Part shown: positions 29,265 through 38,586 of the stretch, piece by piece
How positions within the stretch are numbered: position 1 is the first letter of the stretch
How the letters are laid out: each line of letters begins with the position of its first letter
NCBI GenBank assembly: GCA_963775425.1
Contig: CAVZJB010000016.1
Location: 1,056,001 to 1,120,000, forward strand
Source of the DNA: an uncultured delta proteobacterium
GTDB taxonomy: Bacteria > Myxococcota > UBA727 > VGSZ01
Length of the DNA stretch: 64,000 nucleotides
Direction of reading: 5' to 3'
The notes under the pieces: model-generated
The model's input: only the letters and a program-made list of their open reading frames with translations
What the model was told of the DNA's origin: nothing
Databases searched by the model: none
Made by a program: the position numbers and the translations under genes

Positions 29265-30413
29265 TTATCGCCGAACGGGGCCGGGGGTTGTGGCCGGCTG
29301 TTTCTGTTGATTTTGCGGTGACTTACGTCGGCGCCGCTCCTCGGCCGCCTTGGCCTCGCGCTCCTTCAGCTCGTAGACGAAGTTCAGGACCTCGGCGACG
29401 GCCTCGTAGAGCTCCTCGGGGATCTCCTCGTCGAGCTCGAGCTTGTTGAGCGCCTGCGCGAGCGGGACGTTTCGCAGGATGGGGACGCCCGCGTCGCGCG
29501 CGATGTCCTTGATGGTCTCCGCGTTCTTGCGCATGCCCTTGGCGACGACACGCGGCGCGCCGCCGTTTTCCTTGTCGTACTTGATGGCGACGGCAATGTG
29601 AGCAGGGTTCACGACGACAGCATCGGCGTTGGCCACGTTTTGTTGACTCCCATGCAGGATCAGCTCCTCGGCGAGCGCGCGCCGCTCGGACTTCATGTGC
29701 GGATCGCCCTCGGACTGCTTGTATTCCTGCTTCACGTCGTACTTCGACATCTTCATGTCTTTCATGAAGACGTGCCGCTGCCAGAAGAAGTCGGCGACCG
29801 CGATGATGACGAAGAGGAAGCCGACGCGGACGGCGATGTTGTACATGATCTGCCCGCCGACGGCGACGCCGGTCCACAGGTCGATGCGCGCCGACAACAC
29901 CACCTCGCGGGCGCTCTCCTTCACGCTGCTGTAGGCCACGTAGCTCACCATGAGGAACTTGATGAGCTGCTTGAGGCTCTCGACGAGCTTCTTCTTGGAG
30001 AAGAGGTTCTTGAAGCCGTCGACCGGGTTGAGCTTCTTGATGTCGGGCTTCAGCGGCTCCGCGGTGAAGAGGAAGCCGACCTGCATGTAGTTCGACACGA
30101 GCGCGGACACGACGGCGGCGCCGAGGATGGGCGCGCACGCGAGGAACACCGTCCACAGCGCCTGCTGCAGAACGTCGACGACGATGGGGAGGTCGCCACC
30201 GCGGCGGACGGCGCTGTCGATGGCCGCCCACAAAAACCTGCGCAGCCGGTCCGCCGTCATGCTGAAGGTGAGCGCCGTCGTCGCAAAGACGATGATGAAG
30301 CCGAGGGCCTGGATGGCGTCCTGGCTCTTGGACACCTGGCCCTTGTCGCGCGCCTGCTTCAGCTTTTGCGGCGAGGCCTCCTCGGTCTTCTCGCCGGTTC
30401 CGCCGTCGGACAT
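29265..30413 (-). CDS. Type III export apparatus switch protein, EscU/YscU/FlhB (SctU) family
   Basis: EKTEEA..KL..AR.KGQV.KS, TM segments, LNP..G.K.LFS, EYKQSEGDP, NPAH autocleavage site, PRVVAKG, LYEAVAEVL. Confidence 0.93.
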   Translation of the reverse strand: MSDGGTGEKTEEASPQKLKQARDKGQVSKSQDAIQALGFIIVFATTALTFSMTADRLRRFLWAAIDSAVRRGGDLPIVVDVLQQALWTVFLACAPILGAAVVSALVSNYMQVGFLFTAEPLKPDIKKLNPVDGFKNLFSKKKLVESLKQLIKFLMVSYVAYSSVKESAREVVLSARIDLWTGVAVGGQIMYNIAVRVGFLFVIIAVADFFWQRHVFMKDMKMSKYDVKQEYKQSEGDPHMKSERRALAEELILHGSQQNVANADAVVVNPAHIAVAIKYDKENGGAPRVVAKGMRKNAETIKDIARDAGVPILRNVPLAQALNKLELDEEIPEELYEAVAEVLNFVYELKEREAKAAEERRRRKSPQNQQKQPATTPGPVRR

Positions 30414-30499
30414 GGGGGCAACATACCGCGCCACGACGTCACCGTGTCCCTGTGCAGGAACGGCCGGCGTGCTATGCGGCACCTCCCACGAGGTGCGCG

Positions 30500-31357
30500 G
30501 TGACGGTTGGCGGCGGCGGCGGCAAGAAGATCCCCCCGGGAGGGCCTCAAAAGGCCCCCAAGCCGCCGTCCACCCCGCCGTCGACGGCGGCGGACCCGGG
30601 CAAGACCGAGGCCCCCGACAAGCCGGCCGCGGCCGAGCAGGCGCTGCGCACGGACGCCTTCGAGGGCGGCTTCAAGTCCATGTCTCGCGGCACCACCGAC
30701 GTCACCCGCCTCGACGCCGTCCTCGAGGGCGCCTTCGCCCACGCCTCCACTCCTTCGGGCATCGAGAGCCTCGTGCGCATGCTCGAGGCCGCGCGCACGC
30801 AGCTCGCGGCGGAGCACCGGGCGCTGCGGGAGCAGGCGCAGTCCGCGGTGGAGCGGCTCGTTCAGTCGGGCTTCTCGCCGGCGCAGCTCGACAAGGCGCG
30901 CCATGAGCTCCTCGAGCTCCGAAAGAAGATGGCCGCGCTGAGAAAGCGCCTCCACCACCTGCAGCGGCGGCTGAAGACGGCGTTCGCGTCGGCGGGCAAG
31001 ACCGGCGACGCCAACTTCGCCAAGCTGCTCGGCGCCCAGCTCTCCAAGCTGCGGCAGATGGAGCCGGGCCTGTCGCGGGCCTTGCTCGCGCTGTCCACCA
31101 TCGAGCAGGCGTACGGCTCCTTCGCCGACGGCTCCACGGCCGTCCTGCGCGTGCACGTCGGCGAGACCGGCGCCGGCCGCCTCGGCGACGCGCTCGCCGC
31201 GCTCGCCCCGGGCGCCGCGGTCTCGCTCGCTTCGCTCACGCTCCTGCGCGAGGGCGCCGGCGCCGCGCCCCCGGCCGGCGACGACGTCGACGCCCCCGAA
31301 GCCCTCGACGGCCTGCGTGCCCTCACCGACGCCCTCGTGCCGCCCGGTCGCAAGTGA
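30500..31357 (+). CDS. Hypothetical coiled-coil protein
   Basis: Gly/Pro-rich N-terminus, long heptad helices; divergent from SctU. Confidence 0.7.
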   Translation: MTVGGGGGKKIPPGGPQKAPKPPSTPPSTAADPGKTEAPDKPAAAEQALRTDAFEGGFKSMSRGTTDVTRLDAVLEGAFAHASTPSGIESLVRMLEAARTQLAAEHRALREQAQSAVERLVQSGFSPAQLDKARHELLELRKKMAALRKRLHHLQRRLKTAFASAGKTGDANFAKLLGAQLSKLRQMEPGLSRALLALSTIEQAYGSFADGSTAVLRVHVGETGAGRLGDALAALAPGAAVSLASLTLLREGAGAAPPAGDDVDAPEALDGLRALTDALVPPGRK

Positions 31358-31358
31358 C

Positions 31359-32354
31359 ATGTCGTTCCTCGCGCTCACCGACGACGAGCTCGCGCTTCTG
31401 CGCTTCACGTGTGACCTGTTCTTCGTCGAGGAGTCCCCGCTGTACGCGCTAGAGCAGGAGCAGCGGGAGCCGGAGGACTACGGCGCCGCGTACCACGCGC
31501 TCGTCGAGCGCGGCATCATCGATCCCCACGGCTTCCGCATCACCGACGACGCGCTCAACCGTGTCGCGCCCGTCACGGAGTGCGATGCGCGCGTGATGCA
31601 CGTGGTGGCGCCGCGCGGGGAGCCGGCGCGGCGCACGGACCATTGGCTCCTCGACGAGATCGCGGTCAGCTACGAGCACATCGACGGCCGCCACGTCTTC
31701 GGCACGGACCTCGATCAGGACGAGCTCGTCGAGTCCCTGGCCCGCCACCTGCTGCCGCGCCGCGCGGGCGGCGATCGCCTCGACCTCGTCGTCACCGCGC
31801 TCGAGTTCACGGCGCTCGGCGTCCTGCTCGAGTACGTGCGCGGCACCCAGAATCGCGAGGTGCCGCTCCTCGAGGCGCGGCGGATCTTCAAGAAGCCGCC
31901 GCCGGAGGAGCAGGCGGCGCCGGCGTTGCCCTTGCTGCTGCCGCGCCGGCCGGCGACGCGCTCCAGGGCCGGCGCGGTCGTCGACGATCCCGCGTGGGAC
32001 GACGCTGTGCGCTCGCTCCTCGAAAAGGGCGCCTTGCGCCTTCAGGGCACCTCGTTGTGGGTGCACACGAGCCTGATGGACCTCGCCACGCGCGAGCTGT
32101 CCGAGCGTCACACCTTCGTGCGCACCGACTTCGGCGAGGAAGACTGGTTCGTGCGGGAGACCACGTTCGTCCCCGTCGAGGGCTCGCTGTTCTTCATCGG
32201 GCCGCGCAAAGGCGGCATCGCCATCGAGGAGCTCGACGGCGACCGCATGAGGACGGCGCTCATCGAGGCCGTCGGCTCCCTCGGCCGCGACCGCGTCCCG
32301 TCGACCCAGCGGCTCTCGGAGCTGCTGATGCGGGGCGAGCCCGTGAAGGCGTGA
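31359..32354 (+). CDS. Hypothetical protein, possibly EspG-like chaperone fold
   Basis: Starts immediately after the upstream stop; LTDDEL..ALVERGIID..G pattern; the fold call is an inference. Confidence 0.65.
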   Translation: MSFLALTDDELALLRFTCDLFFVEESPLYALEQEQREPEDYGAAYHALVERGIIDPHGFRITDDALNRVAPVTECDARVMHVVAPRGEPARRTDHWLLDEIAVSYEHIDGRHVFGTDLDQDELVESLARHLLPRRAGGDRLDLVVTALEFTALGVLLEYVRGTQNREVPLLEARRIFKKPPPEEQAAPALPLLLPRRPATRSRAGAVVDDPAWDDAVRSLLEKGALRLQGTSLWVHTSLMDLATRELSERHTFVRTDFGEEDWFVRETTFVPVEGSLFFIGPRKGGIAIEELDGDRMRTALIEAVGSLGRDRVPSTQRLSELLMRGEPVKA

Positions 32355-33384
32355 CGACGTCGTCCTCCACCGCGCGCAGGAGGGCCCCGCGCAGCGGCCG
32401 CGACGACGACGGGCGCAGGCGCGGACGTCCCCGCAGCTCGACGAGCGCCTCCTTGCCGCAGCCGTAGCGACGCTCCACGCCCTGCCGGTCCACCATCAGG
32501 CCGCCCACGAGCCGCAGCCCGTCGCGCGGCGGCCCCTCGACGTCGGCGGCGCGCGCGAGCAGCAGGTGGCTGTGCTTGAGCACGGTCTTTTTGAGCCCCG
32601 AAGCCTTCTCGAGCGCGCGGAACTTCGCCGGCGGCTCCCAAGACAGCTCGCCGTGGCACCAGTCGCCCTCGGTGCGCAGGAGCGGACAAGCCGGCGCGTC
32701 CCGGCACGGCGACACCACCACCGCCTCGTGGCGCGCGCGATCCGCGAGGACGTCGCGCACGGCCATCAAGGCCCGCCCATGCACGCGGGTGCCGGGCTCG
32801 ACGACGAGCACGCGGCCGCCGGGCGCGAGCACGCCGCAGAGCTCCTCGAGCAGCGCCGCGCGCTCGGCCACCGCGCGGCGTGGATCGCCGAGCTCGTTGA
32901 GCACGTGCGCGACGATGACGAGGTCGAAGGGTCCGTTCGGCAACGGGCGGCGCTGAACGGGCTCCACGACGAGCCGCACGACGCTGCCGGGGGCGACGGC
33001 GTCGAGCACGCCCTGCCCCGCCTGCATCGCGCGCTGGGCGAGGTCCACGGCGACGCTCGGCCCCACGGCGCCCGCGAAGCACCACGCGCCGAGGACGCCG
33101 CTGAGCGGGCCGGCGCCGACGTCGAGCACGCGCGGCTGCGCCGGCAGCGTGAGGAGCCCCTCCGCCTGCGCCTGCTCGAGCAGCAGCGCGATCTTGGCCG
33201 CGTACTGCGGCAGGAAGAACGAGAGGTAGGCGGCACGCAGCCGGGGGACGGTCAGGTAGTCCGGACGGCGCGCGGCGCGCTCGGCGCCGAAGAGGCGCGA
33301 GAGGTGTGCGATGTCGGTGCCGACGCTGCGCGGTTCCGCCCAGGTGGCTTCGACGATGGCGGCGATCCGCTCGTTCATTCGCAC
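32260..33384 (-). CDS. Rsm22-family SAM-dependent methyltransferase
   Basis: AAYLSFFLP, VLDVGAGP, VLNEL, VVEPGT, SPC..CPL..DWCH. Confidence 0.85.
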   Translation of the reverse strand: MRMNERIAAIVEATWAEPRSVGTDIAHLSRLFGAERAARRPDYLTVPRLRAAYLSFFLPQYAAKIALLLEQAQAEGLLTLPAQPRVLDVGAGPLSGVLGAWCFAGAVGPSVAVDLAQRAMQAGQGVLDAVAPGSVVRLVVEPVQRRPLPNGPFDLVIVAHVLNELGDPRRAVAERAALLEELCGVLAPGGRVLVVEPGTRVHGRALMAVRDVLADRARHEAVVVSPCRDAPACPLLRTEGDWCHGELSWEPPAKFRALEKASGLKKTVLKHSHLLLARAADVEGPPRDGLRLVGGLMVDRQGVERRYGCGKEALVELRGRPRLRPSSSRPLRGALLRAVEDDVVTPSRARPASAAPRAAGSTGRGRGRGSRRPR

Positions 33385-33429
33385 AACGGCCCGCGGGCAG
33401 AGCCGTTGCTACATACAAGGAGGTGCCCC

Positions 33430-33606
33430 ATGCGCTTTCTGAGACCCGACGATGTGCCCGCGCCGTGGATCATCGAGGAGCTCCGCGACCCGCCTGCGGC
33501 TCCCGAGGCCCCGGCGTGGCTCCCGATCCCGGACCTGGAGCCCGCGCGGCCAGCCGAGAACGAGGGGGACGCAAAGCGTCCCCGCGTGGTCGTCATCGAC
33601 ATCTAG
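33430..33606 (+). CDS. Small protein (58 aa)
   Basis: AAGGAGG RBS; MRFLRPDDVPAPWIIEELR...PRVVVIDI. Confidence 0.7.
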   Translation: MRFLRPDDVPAPWIIEELRDPPAAPEAPAWLPIPDLEPARPAENEGDAKRPRVVVIDI

Positions 33607-33622
33607 CGACCCAGCATCCAGG

Positions 33623-34180
33623 CTACGCACGTTCGATGTAGTCGCCGGTCCGCGTGTCCACCTTCACCATGTCGCCCTCTTTGGTGAACATGGGGACCAT
33701 GACCTCGTGGCCGGTGTTGAGCCGGGCCTTCTTGGTGGCGTTGTTGGCGGTGTCGCCCTTCACGGCGGGCTCGGTCTCGGCGATCTGGAGCACCACGTGG
33801 TTCGGCAGGTCAACGCTCACGGCCTTGCCCTGGTAGAAGAGGATGGAGACGTTCATGCCGTCGACGAGGAACTTCACCTGGTCGCCGAGCATGTCCTTCT
33901 GGATCTCGTACTGCTCGTACGTCTGCGGATCCATGAAGGTGTAGACGTCGGCGGCGGAGAAGAGGAACTGCCCCTCCTTGTCCTCGACGTCGGGGGTCCC
34001 GACCTTGTCACCCGAGCGGAACGTCGGGGAGATGGTCTGGCCGGTCACCAGGTTCTTCAGCTTGGTGCGCACGATGGCGGCACCCTTGCCGGGCTTGTGG
34101 TGCTCGAACTCGACGATGCTGTAGGGCTGGCCCTCGAACTCGATGCGGAGGCCGCGGCGGAAATCCGACGTGGTGTACAT
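33623..34180 (-). CDS. efp: Elongation factor P
   Basis: HKPGKG loop, FMD..YEQ, KGDTA, VPMF, KVDTRTGDY. Confidence 0.97.
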   Translation of the reverse strand: MYTTSDFRRGLRIEFEGQPYSIVEFEHHKPGKGAAIVRTKLKNLVTGQTISPTFRSGDKVGTPDVEDKEGQFLFSAADVYTFMDPQTYEQYEIQKDMLGDQVKFLVDGMNVSILFYQGKAVSVDLPNHVVLQIAETEPAVKGDTANNATKKARLNTGHEVMVPMFTKEGDMVKVDTRTGDYIERA

Positions 34181-34190
34181 GCGGGGGTGT

Positions 34191-34628
34191 CTACGGACGG
34201 CCCCGGAGCCGGTCAATGGCCTCGAGCGCGAGGACGTAGCCCTGCGGGCCGAGCCCCTCGATCCGCCCCGCGCAGGCCGCCCCCACCGGCGCGTCGAGGC
34301 GCCCGCGGGCCGCGGTGTTCGTGAGGTGCACCTCGATGACCGGCACCGGGGCGATGGCCCGCACGGCGTCGGCGAGCGCGAGGCTCGTGTGCGCGTACGC
34401 AGCCGCGTTCAAGACGACGCCGGCGGCGGCGCGCGCCTCGAGCACCGCGTCGACGAGCGCGCCCTCGTGGTTGGACTGCAGCGAGCGCACCTCGAGCCCC
34501 AGCGCCTTCGCCCGCGCGGCGACGGCGGCGTCGATGTCGGCGAGGGGCGTGGTGCCGTAGACGGTGGGCTCGCGCGCGCCGAGCAGGCCGAGGCTCGGCC
34601 CGTGGAGCACCCAGACGAGCGGCGTCAC
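34191..34628 (-). CDS. aroQ: Type II 3-dehydroquinate dehydratase (divergent)
   Basis: GP.L.LLGAREPTVYG, QSNHEG, HTS.AL.DA, EVHLTN. Confidence 0.85.
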   Translation of the reverse strand: MTPLVWVLHGPSLGLLGAREPTVYGTTPLADIDAAVAARAKALGLEVRSLQSNHEGALVDAVLEARAAAGVVLNAAAYAHTSLALADAVRAIAPVPVIEVHLTNTAARGRLDAPVGAACAGRIEGLGPQGYVLALEAIDRLRGRP

Positions 34629-34984
34629 AGCTCGGCGGTGAGCTGGGGGGCCACCACGCGCATCAGGTAGCGGCCCTTCCCCGTGTTGCCGTCGGGGCGC
34701 AGGGAGAGCGCGAGGAAGTAGTCCGGCGTCAGCGGGCGCAGCACGGTGATGAGCCCGCTCGTGTGAACGGTGACCTCGCGGATGTCGCCTGCGCCGAGGC
34801 CGTCGGCGATGCCGCGCAGTTGCTGTGCGATGGCGCCGAGCTCGACGGCGGCCGTCTGCGGCGCCACGACACCGGGGTCATCAGCCTCGCGGGAGTCGAT
34901 GGCGATGCCGTCGAAGCCCATGAGGGTGACGCCCACGGCGCCCGGGGTTTCTTTCAGGACGCGGTCGAGGACGTCGGTGAACAT
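34625..34984 (-). CDS. Roadblock/LC7-domain protein
   Basis: GAVGVTLMGFDGIAID, YFLAL, GNTGKGRY. Confidence 0.88.
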   Translation of the reverse strand: MFTDVLDRVLKETPGAVGVTLMGFDGIAIDSREADDPGVVAPQTAAVELGAIAQQLRGIADGLGAGDIREVTVHTSGLITVLRPLTPDYFLALSLRPDGNTGKGRYLMRVVAPQLTAEL

Positions 34985-34993
34985 GCGCCAAGC

Positions 34994-35797
34994 CTACTGC
35001 GGACAGACCAACGAGGGCAGATCGTTGCCGCTGAAGCAGAGCTTGTCGTTGGGCACGGGGGTGATGGGGTTGCCGGCGTCGTCGTTGCCGCAGTTGGGGG
35101 CGGTGATGAGGCAGCCCGCGCACAGCTGCACCGGGAACGGGAACAGCGGCGTGACGACCCGGGCGTTGCCGGTGGTGTTCCCGACGAGGCGCATGTTGAC
35201 GATGATGCGCGCCGTGCCGCCGGCGGCGATGGCGCCCGCGATGAACGGCTCGCTCTGCAGGAGCACCGCGTCGCCGCGGGTGACGCCCGTGGCGAAGACC
35301 GCGGCCTCCGACAAAAGCTGCGTCTGCTGGTTGAACACGACGCCCGCGACGCCCGTGGTGCGCACGCTCTTGTCGTTCACCGGGGTGCCCTCGACGTTGC
35401 CGAGCTGGAGCTGGTCGGCGCGGTCCTCGTCGGTGCTGAAGAAGACCTCGGACTCCGTGAACGTGATGATGTTGTTGTCGGTGTTGCCGTAGTTCTTGAA
35501 GTTCGGGGACGCGGTCTTGTCCTGCGTCAGGTCCTGCGTGCTGAACGTCGACGGGAGGTTGGTGGCGACCTTCAGGGGTAGGATGAGGTCGGATGCGTTG
35601 TTGGCGTTGGTGCCGATGTCGAGCAGCGCGGTGGCCTGAAAGACGTTGTCGCCGGCGGACGCGGTGCAGTCCGGCGCGGTCACCCCGAGCACACCCTCGA
35701 TCACGGTCTCCCCCTCGTCGTCGGCGGCGCAGCCGCCGAGGGCGGTGCCCAGGGCGAGCACCAGCAGGGACAGGGGCAGGAACGGGGGCTTCGCCAT
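34994..35797 (-). CDS. Lipoprotein downstream of pilQ
   Basis: Lipobox LGGC; Cys-rich C-terminus FPVQLCAGCL. Confidence 0.75.
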   Translation of the reverse strand: MAKPPFLPLSLLVLALGTALGGCAADDEGETVIEGVLGVTAPDCTASAGDNVFQATALLDIGTNANNASDLILPLKVATNLPSTFSTQDLTQDKTASPNFKNYGNTDNNIITFTESEVFFSTDEDRADQLQLGNVEGTPVNDKSVRTTGVAGVVFNQQTQLLSEAAVFATGVTRGDAVLLQSEPFIAGAIAAGGTARIIVNMRLVGNTTGNARVVTPLFPFPVQLCAGCLITAPNCGNDDAGNPITPVPNDKLCFSGNDLPSLVCPQ

Positions 35798-35886
35798 GGG
35801 AATCTCCTGAACGTCACCGGACTGTCTGAGGATAGCGGACCGGAGCGGGCGGTGCACCGCGGCGCCGCTCGGACGAGTGGCGGAGC

Positions 35887-38448
35887 TCATAGACCACCCG
35901 CCGTCGGCGTGGCGGAGCGCCGGTTCACGATGCGCGGCGTGATGAACACGAGCATCTCGGTGCGGTTGTCGCTCTCGCTCACGCTCTTGAAGAGCCAGCC
36001 GATGATGGGAATCGACCCGAGGAACGGCGTCTGCTGGTAGGCCGTGCCCTGGTTGCGCGTGTAGATGCCGCCGATCACGGCCGTGTCGCCGTCACGCACC
36101 AGCATCTCCGTCTCGGCCTGCTTGGTCTGCACCGGCGGCGGCGCGCCCGCCACCTGCTTGCCGAAGTCCGGGACGTCGTTGGTCATGTTGATGGTCATCA
36201 AGATGGAGCCGTCGGCCGTGACGTGCGGGGTGACGTCGAGCTCGAGGGCGGCCTTGACCGTCTGGATGGTGAGCGTGTTGGCGGTGGCGATGGGGACGGC
36301 GATGTCCGTGCCCTGCGTGATGCGCGCGCGCTTGTTGTTGAGCGTGGTGACGCGCGGCGCCGAGATGATCTTCGCCTGGCCGGAGGCCTCGGCGGCCGTG
36401 AGACGGGCGTTCAGGAAGCCGAGGTTGCCGATGGAGCCGAGGTTGAGGCCCACGCCCGACGTCGTGCTGTTGGCGGGGAGGTTCACGGCGAAGTTCGACG
36501 GGAACAGCACGCCCGGGGTGGGCGTGCCGCCGAGGCTCGCCACGTCGTCCGCGCCGCCGACGACGCCGATGTTGTTCGGGAACACGAGCCCGGTGGGGTT
36601 GCCGCCGCGCTGCGAGAAGAAGAGCCCGCCGCCCCACTGGATACCGAGGGTGCGCGAGAACTGCGTGGTGCCTTCCACCATGCGCGCCTCGATGAGCACC
36701 TGCGGCGTCTGCGTGTCGAGGGTGCGCACGAGGCGCTCCGCCTGGTCGAGGTTGTCGCGGATGTCTTCGACGATGATGACGTTGGTGCGGTCGTCGACGG
36801 TGACCTTGCCGCGCGCCGAGAGCAGGCCCTGGACCTGGTCCTTCATCTCCTTGGCGACGGCGTAGTTCACGGGGATGAGGCGCACCGTGGTCGGGAGCTT
36901 CTTCTCACGCTCCTCGGCGAGCTTGAGGCGCGCCTCGCGCTCGTCGTCGAGCTTCTTCTGCGGGACCACGCGGATGATGCCGCCGCGGGTCTCCTGCCCG
37001 AGGTCCTTGGTCTTGAGGATGACGTCGAGCGCCTGATCCCACGGGACGTTCTTGAGCTTGAGGGTGACCTTGCCCTTGACGTCCTCTGCCACGACCACGT
37101 TCTTGCCGCTCACGTCGCCGATGAGGCGGATGACGTTGACGATGTCGGCGTCCTGCAGATCGATGGTGATCTTCTTTCCGTGGTAGCGGGCGGCGGCGAG
37201 GCCGGTGCTCGCCAGCGACAGCGACGTGGAGCCTGTGGAGAACGGCGCCGCCGAGGGCTGCACGCGCTCCGACGCGGACGCCACCGCGCGCGACGCGGCC
37301 GGGCGGACGTCCCAGTACACCGCGCCGTCCTTCTGCCACACGCTGTGCTCGACGTCCTCGTTGAGGACGAGACGCATACGCACCGAGTCCTTGCGGTTGT
37401 CGTCGCGCGTGACGACGACGTCGCGCACGGGCCCGCCGGACAGGCCGCGGGAGCCGAGGAGGCGGGAGGACGCGCGCACGCCGTCGAGGGCGATGACCTT
37501 CTCGTCGGGCGCGTTCTTGACGGTGCGCACCGCGACGGCGCCACCGACGTCTGCCTTCAAGCGCCAGAAACCGTTCTTCTTGTCGAACGAGAGCGCGCGG
37601 AGCTGGACCGCGGCCGTCTTGGGCGCCTTCGCGCTGGAGGCGAACAGGATGGCGATGCCTTCTCCCGTGCTGGCGACGTCGTACTTGGGCAAGCCGTCGC
37701 GCGCGTCGAGCACGACGCGGACGTGATCGTCGTAGCCCCAGGTGCGCGCGCCCTTCATGGCGCTGCCGGAGAACGACGGCGCGAGGCCCTTTTGCACCGT
37801 GACGCCGTAGATATCGACGACGAGGCGCGCCGGGTCCTGCGCCTCCTCGACCTCGTAGCGCGCCACCTCGCCGTCCGTGCGGATGCGCACCAGCGAGCCG
37901 TCGCCCTGCTCGCGCGCCTCGACGCCGAGGATCTCGCGCGCCTTCTGCGCCGGGCCGTCGTCCCCGCTGAGCTCGATGACGGGCGCGTCGTGCGCCGCCG
38001 CCGGCGCCGCGGCAGGCGTGGTCGCCGGCGACGCCGCGGGCGCCGCCGCGGAGACGGCGTGCGCCTTGAGGACGACGGCGTCACCCACGGCCTTGGCGTC
38101 GAGCTCGACGTCGCCCTTGAGCACGATGACGACGCGGCCCACGGGGCCCGTGCGCCCGCGGAACTGCGTGGTGGTCACCGCGGTGACGAGGCCGTCGAAG
38201 TGTGTGGGGATGCGCGTGGCCGCCACGTCCGCGTCGGGCATGTCGACCACGACGCGCGTGGGGCTCGACAGCCGGAACAGCGAGAACTGCGGGACACGGC
38301 TGCCGCGGATGGCGACCTCGACGGAGTCGCTTGTCGGCGACGTGACCTCGACTGCCTCGACGGTGTTGCGACCGGAGCTTGAGGCGTCGGCGCGTGCCGC
38401 TGCTGGAGCGAGCGCGAGGGCGGCGGTGACCAAGAGGACGGAACGCAT
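35887..38448 (-). CDS. pilQ: Type IV pilus secretin PilQ with AMIN domains
   Basis: AMIN repeats PTRVVVD and PARLVVD; VPWDQALD, QVLIEARMVE, EMLVFITPRIV. Confidence 0.96.
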   Translation of the reverse strand: MRSVLLVTAALALAPAAARADASSSGRNTVEAVEVTSPTSDSVEVAIRGSRVPQFSLFRLSSPTRVVVDMPDADVAATRIPTHFDGLVTAVTTTQFRGRTGPVGRVVIVLKGDVELDAKAVGDAVVLKAHAVSAAAPAASPATTPAAAPAAAHDAPVIELSGDDGPAQKAREILGVEAREQGDGSLVRIRTDGEVARYEVEEAQDPARLVVDIYGVTVQKGLAPSFSGSAMKGARTWGYDDHVRVVLDARDGLPKYDVASTGEGIAILFASSAKAPKTAAVQLRALSFDKKNGFWRLKADVGGAVAVRTVKNAPDEKVIALDGVRASSRLLGSRGLSGGPVRDVVVTRDDNRKDSVRMRLVLNEDVEHSVWQKDGAVYWDVRPAASRAVASASERVQPSAAPFSTGSTSLSLASTGLAAARYHGKKITIDLQDADIVNVIRLIGDVSGKNVVVAEDVKGKVTLKLKNVPWDQALDVILKTKDLGQETRGGIIRVVPQKKLDDEREARLKLAEEREKKLPTTVRLIPVNYAVAKEMKDQVQGLLSARGKVTVDDRTNVIIVEDIRDNLDQAERLVRTLDTQTPQVLIEARMVEGTTQFSRTLGIQWGGGLFFSQRGGNPTGLVFPNNIGVVGGADDVASLGGTPTPGVLFPSNFAVNLPANSTTSGVGLNLGSIGNLGFLNARLTAAEASGQAKIISAPRVTTLNNKRARITQGTDIAVPIATANTLTIQTVKAALELDVTPHVTADGSILMTINMTNDVPDFGKQVAGAPPPVQTKQAETEMLVRDGDTAVIGGIYTRNQGTAYQQTPFLGSIPIIGWLFKSVSESDNRTEMLVFITPRIVNRRSATPTAGGL

Positions 38449-38555
38449 GCACTCTCCCGATCTCGGGATCCCGCGCGTCGGCGCTCGGGATCTGGGGCTT
38501 CTGTCCAAGCTCTGACGGATCCGCATCGATCGCAAGTTTTTGTCCGCGGATCGGC

Positions 38556-38586
38556 AAAAGCGAACGGGGCCTTGCGGGCCCCGTTC
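38556..38586 (-). terminator. Intrinsic terminator-like hairpin between pilP and pilQ
   Basis: GAACGGGGCC-CGCAA-GGCCCCGTTC followed by GCTTTT on the minus strand. Confidence 0.7.

Noticed and set aside
34625-34984. MglB gliding polarity GAP
   Set aside because: Roadblock fold only; no adjacent mglA, and the context is aroQ-efp
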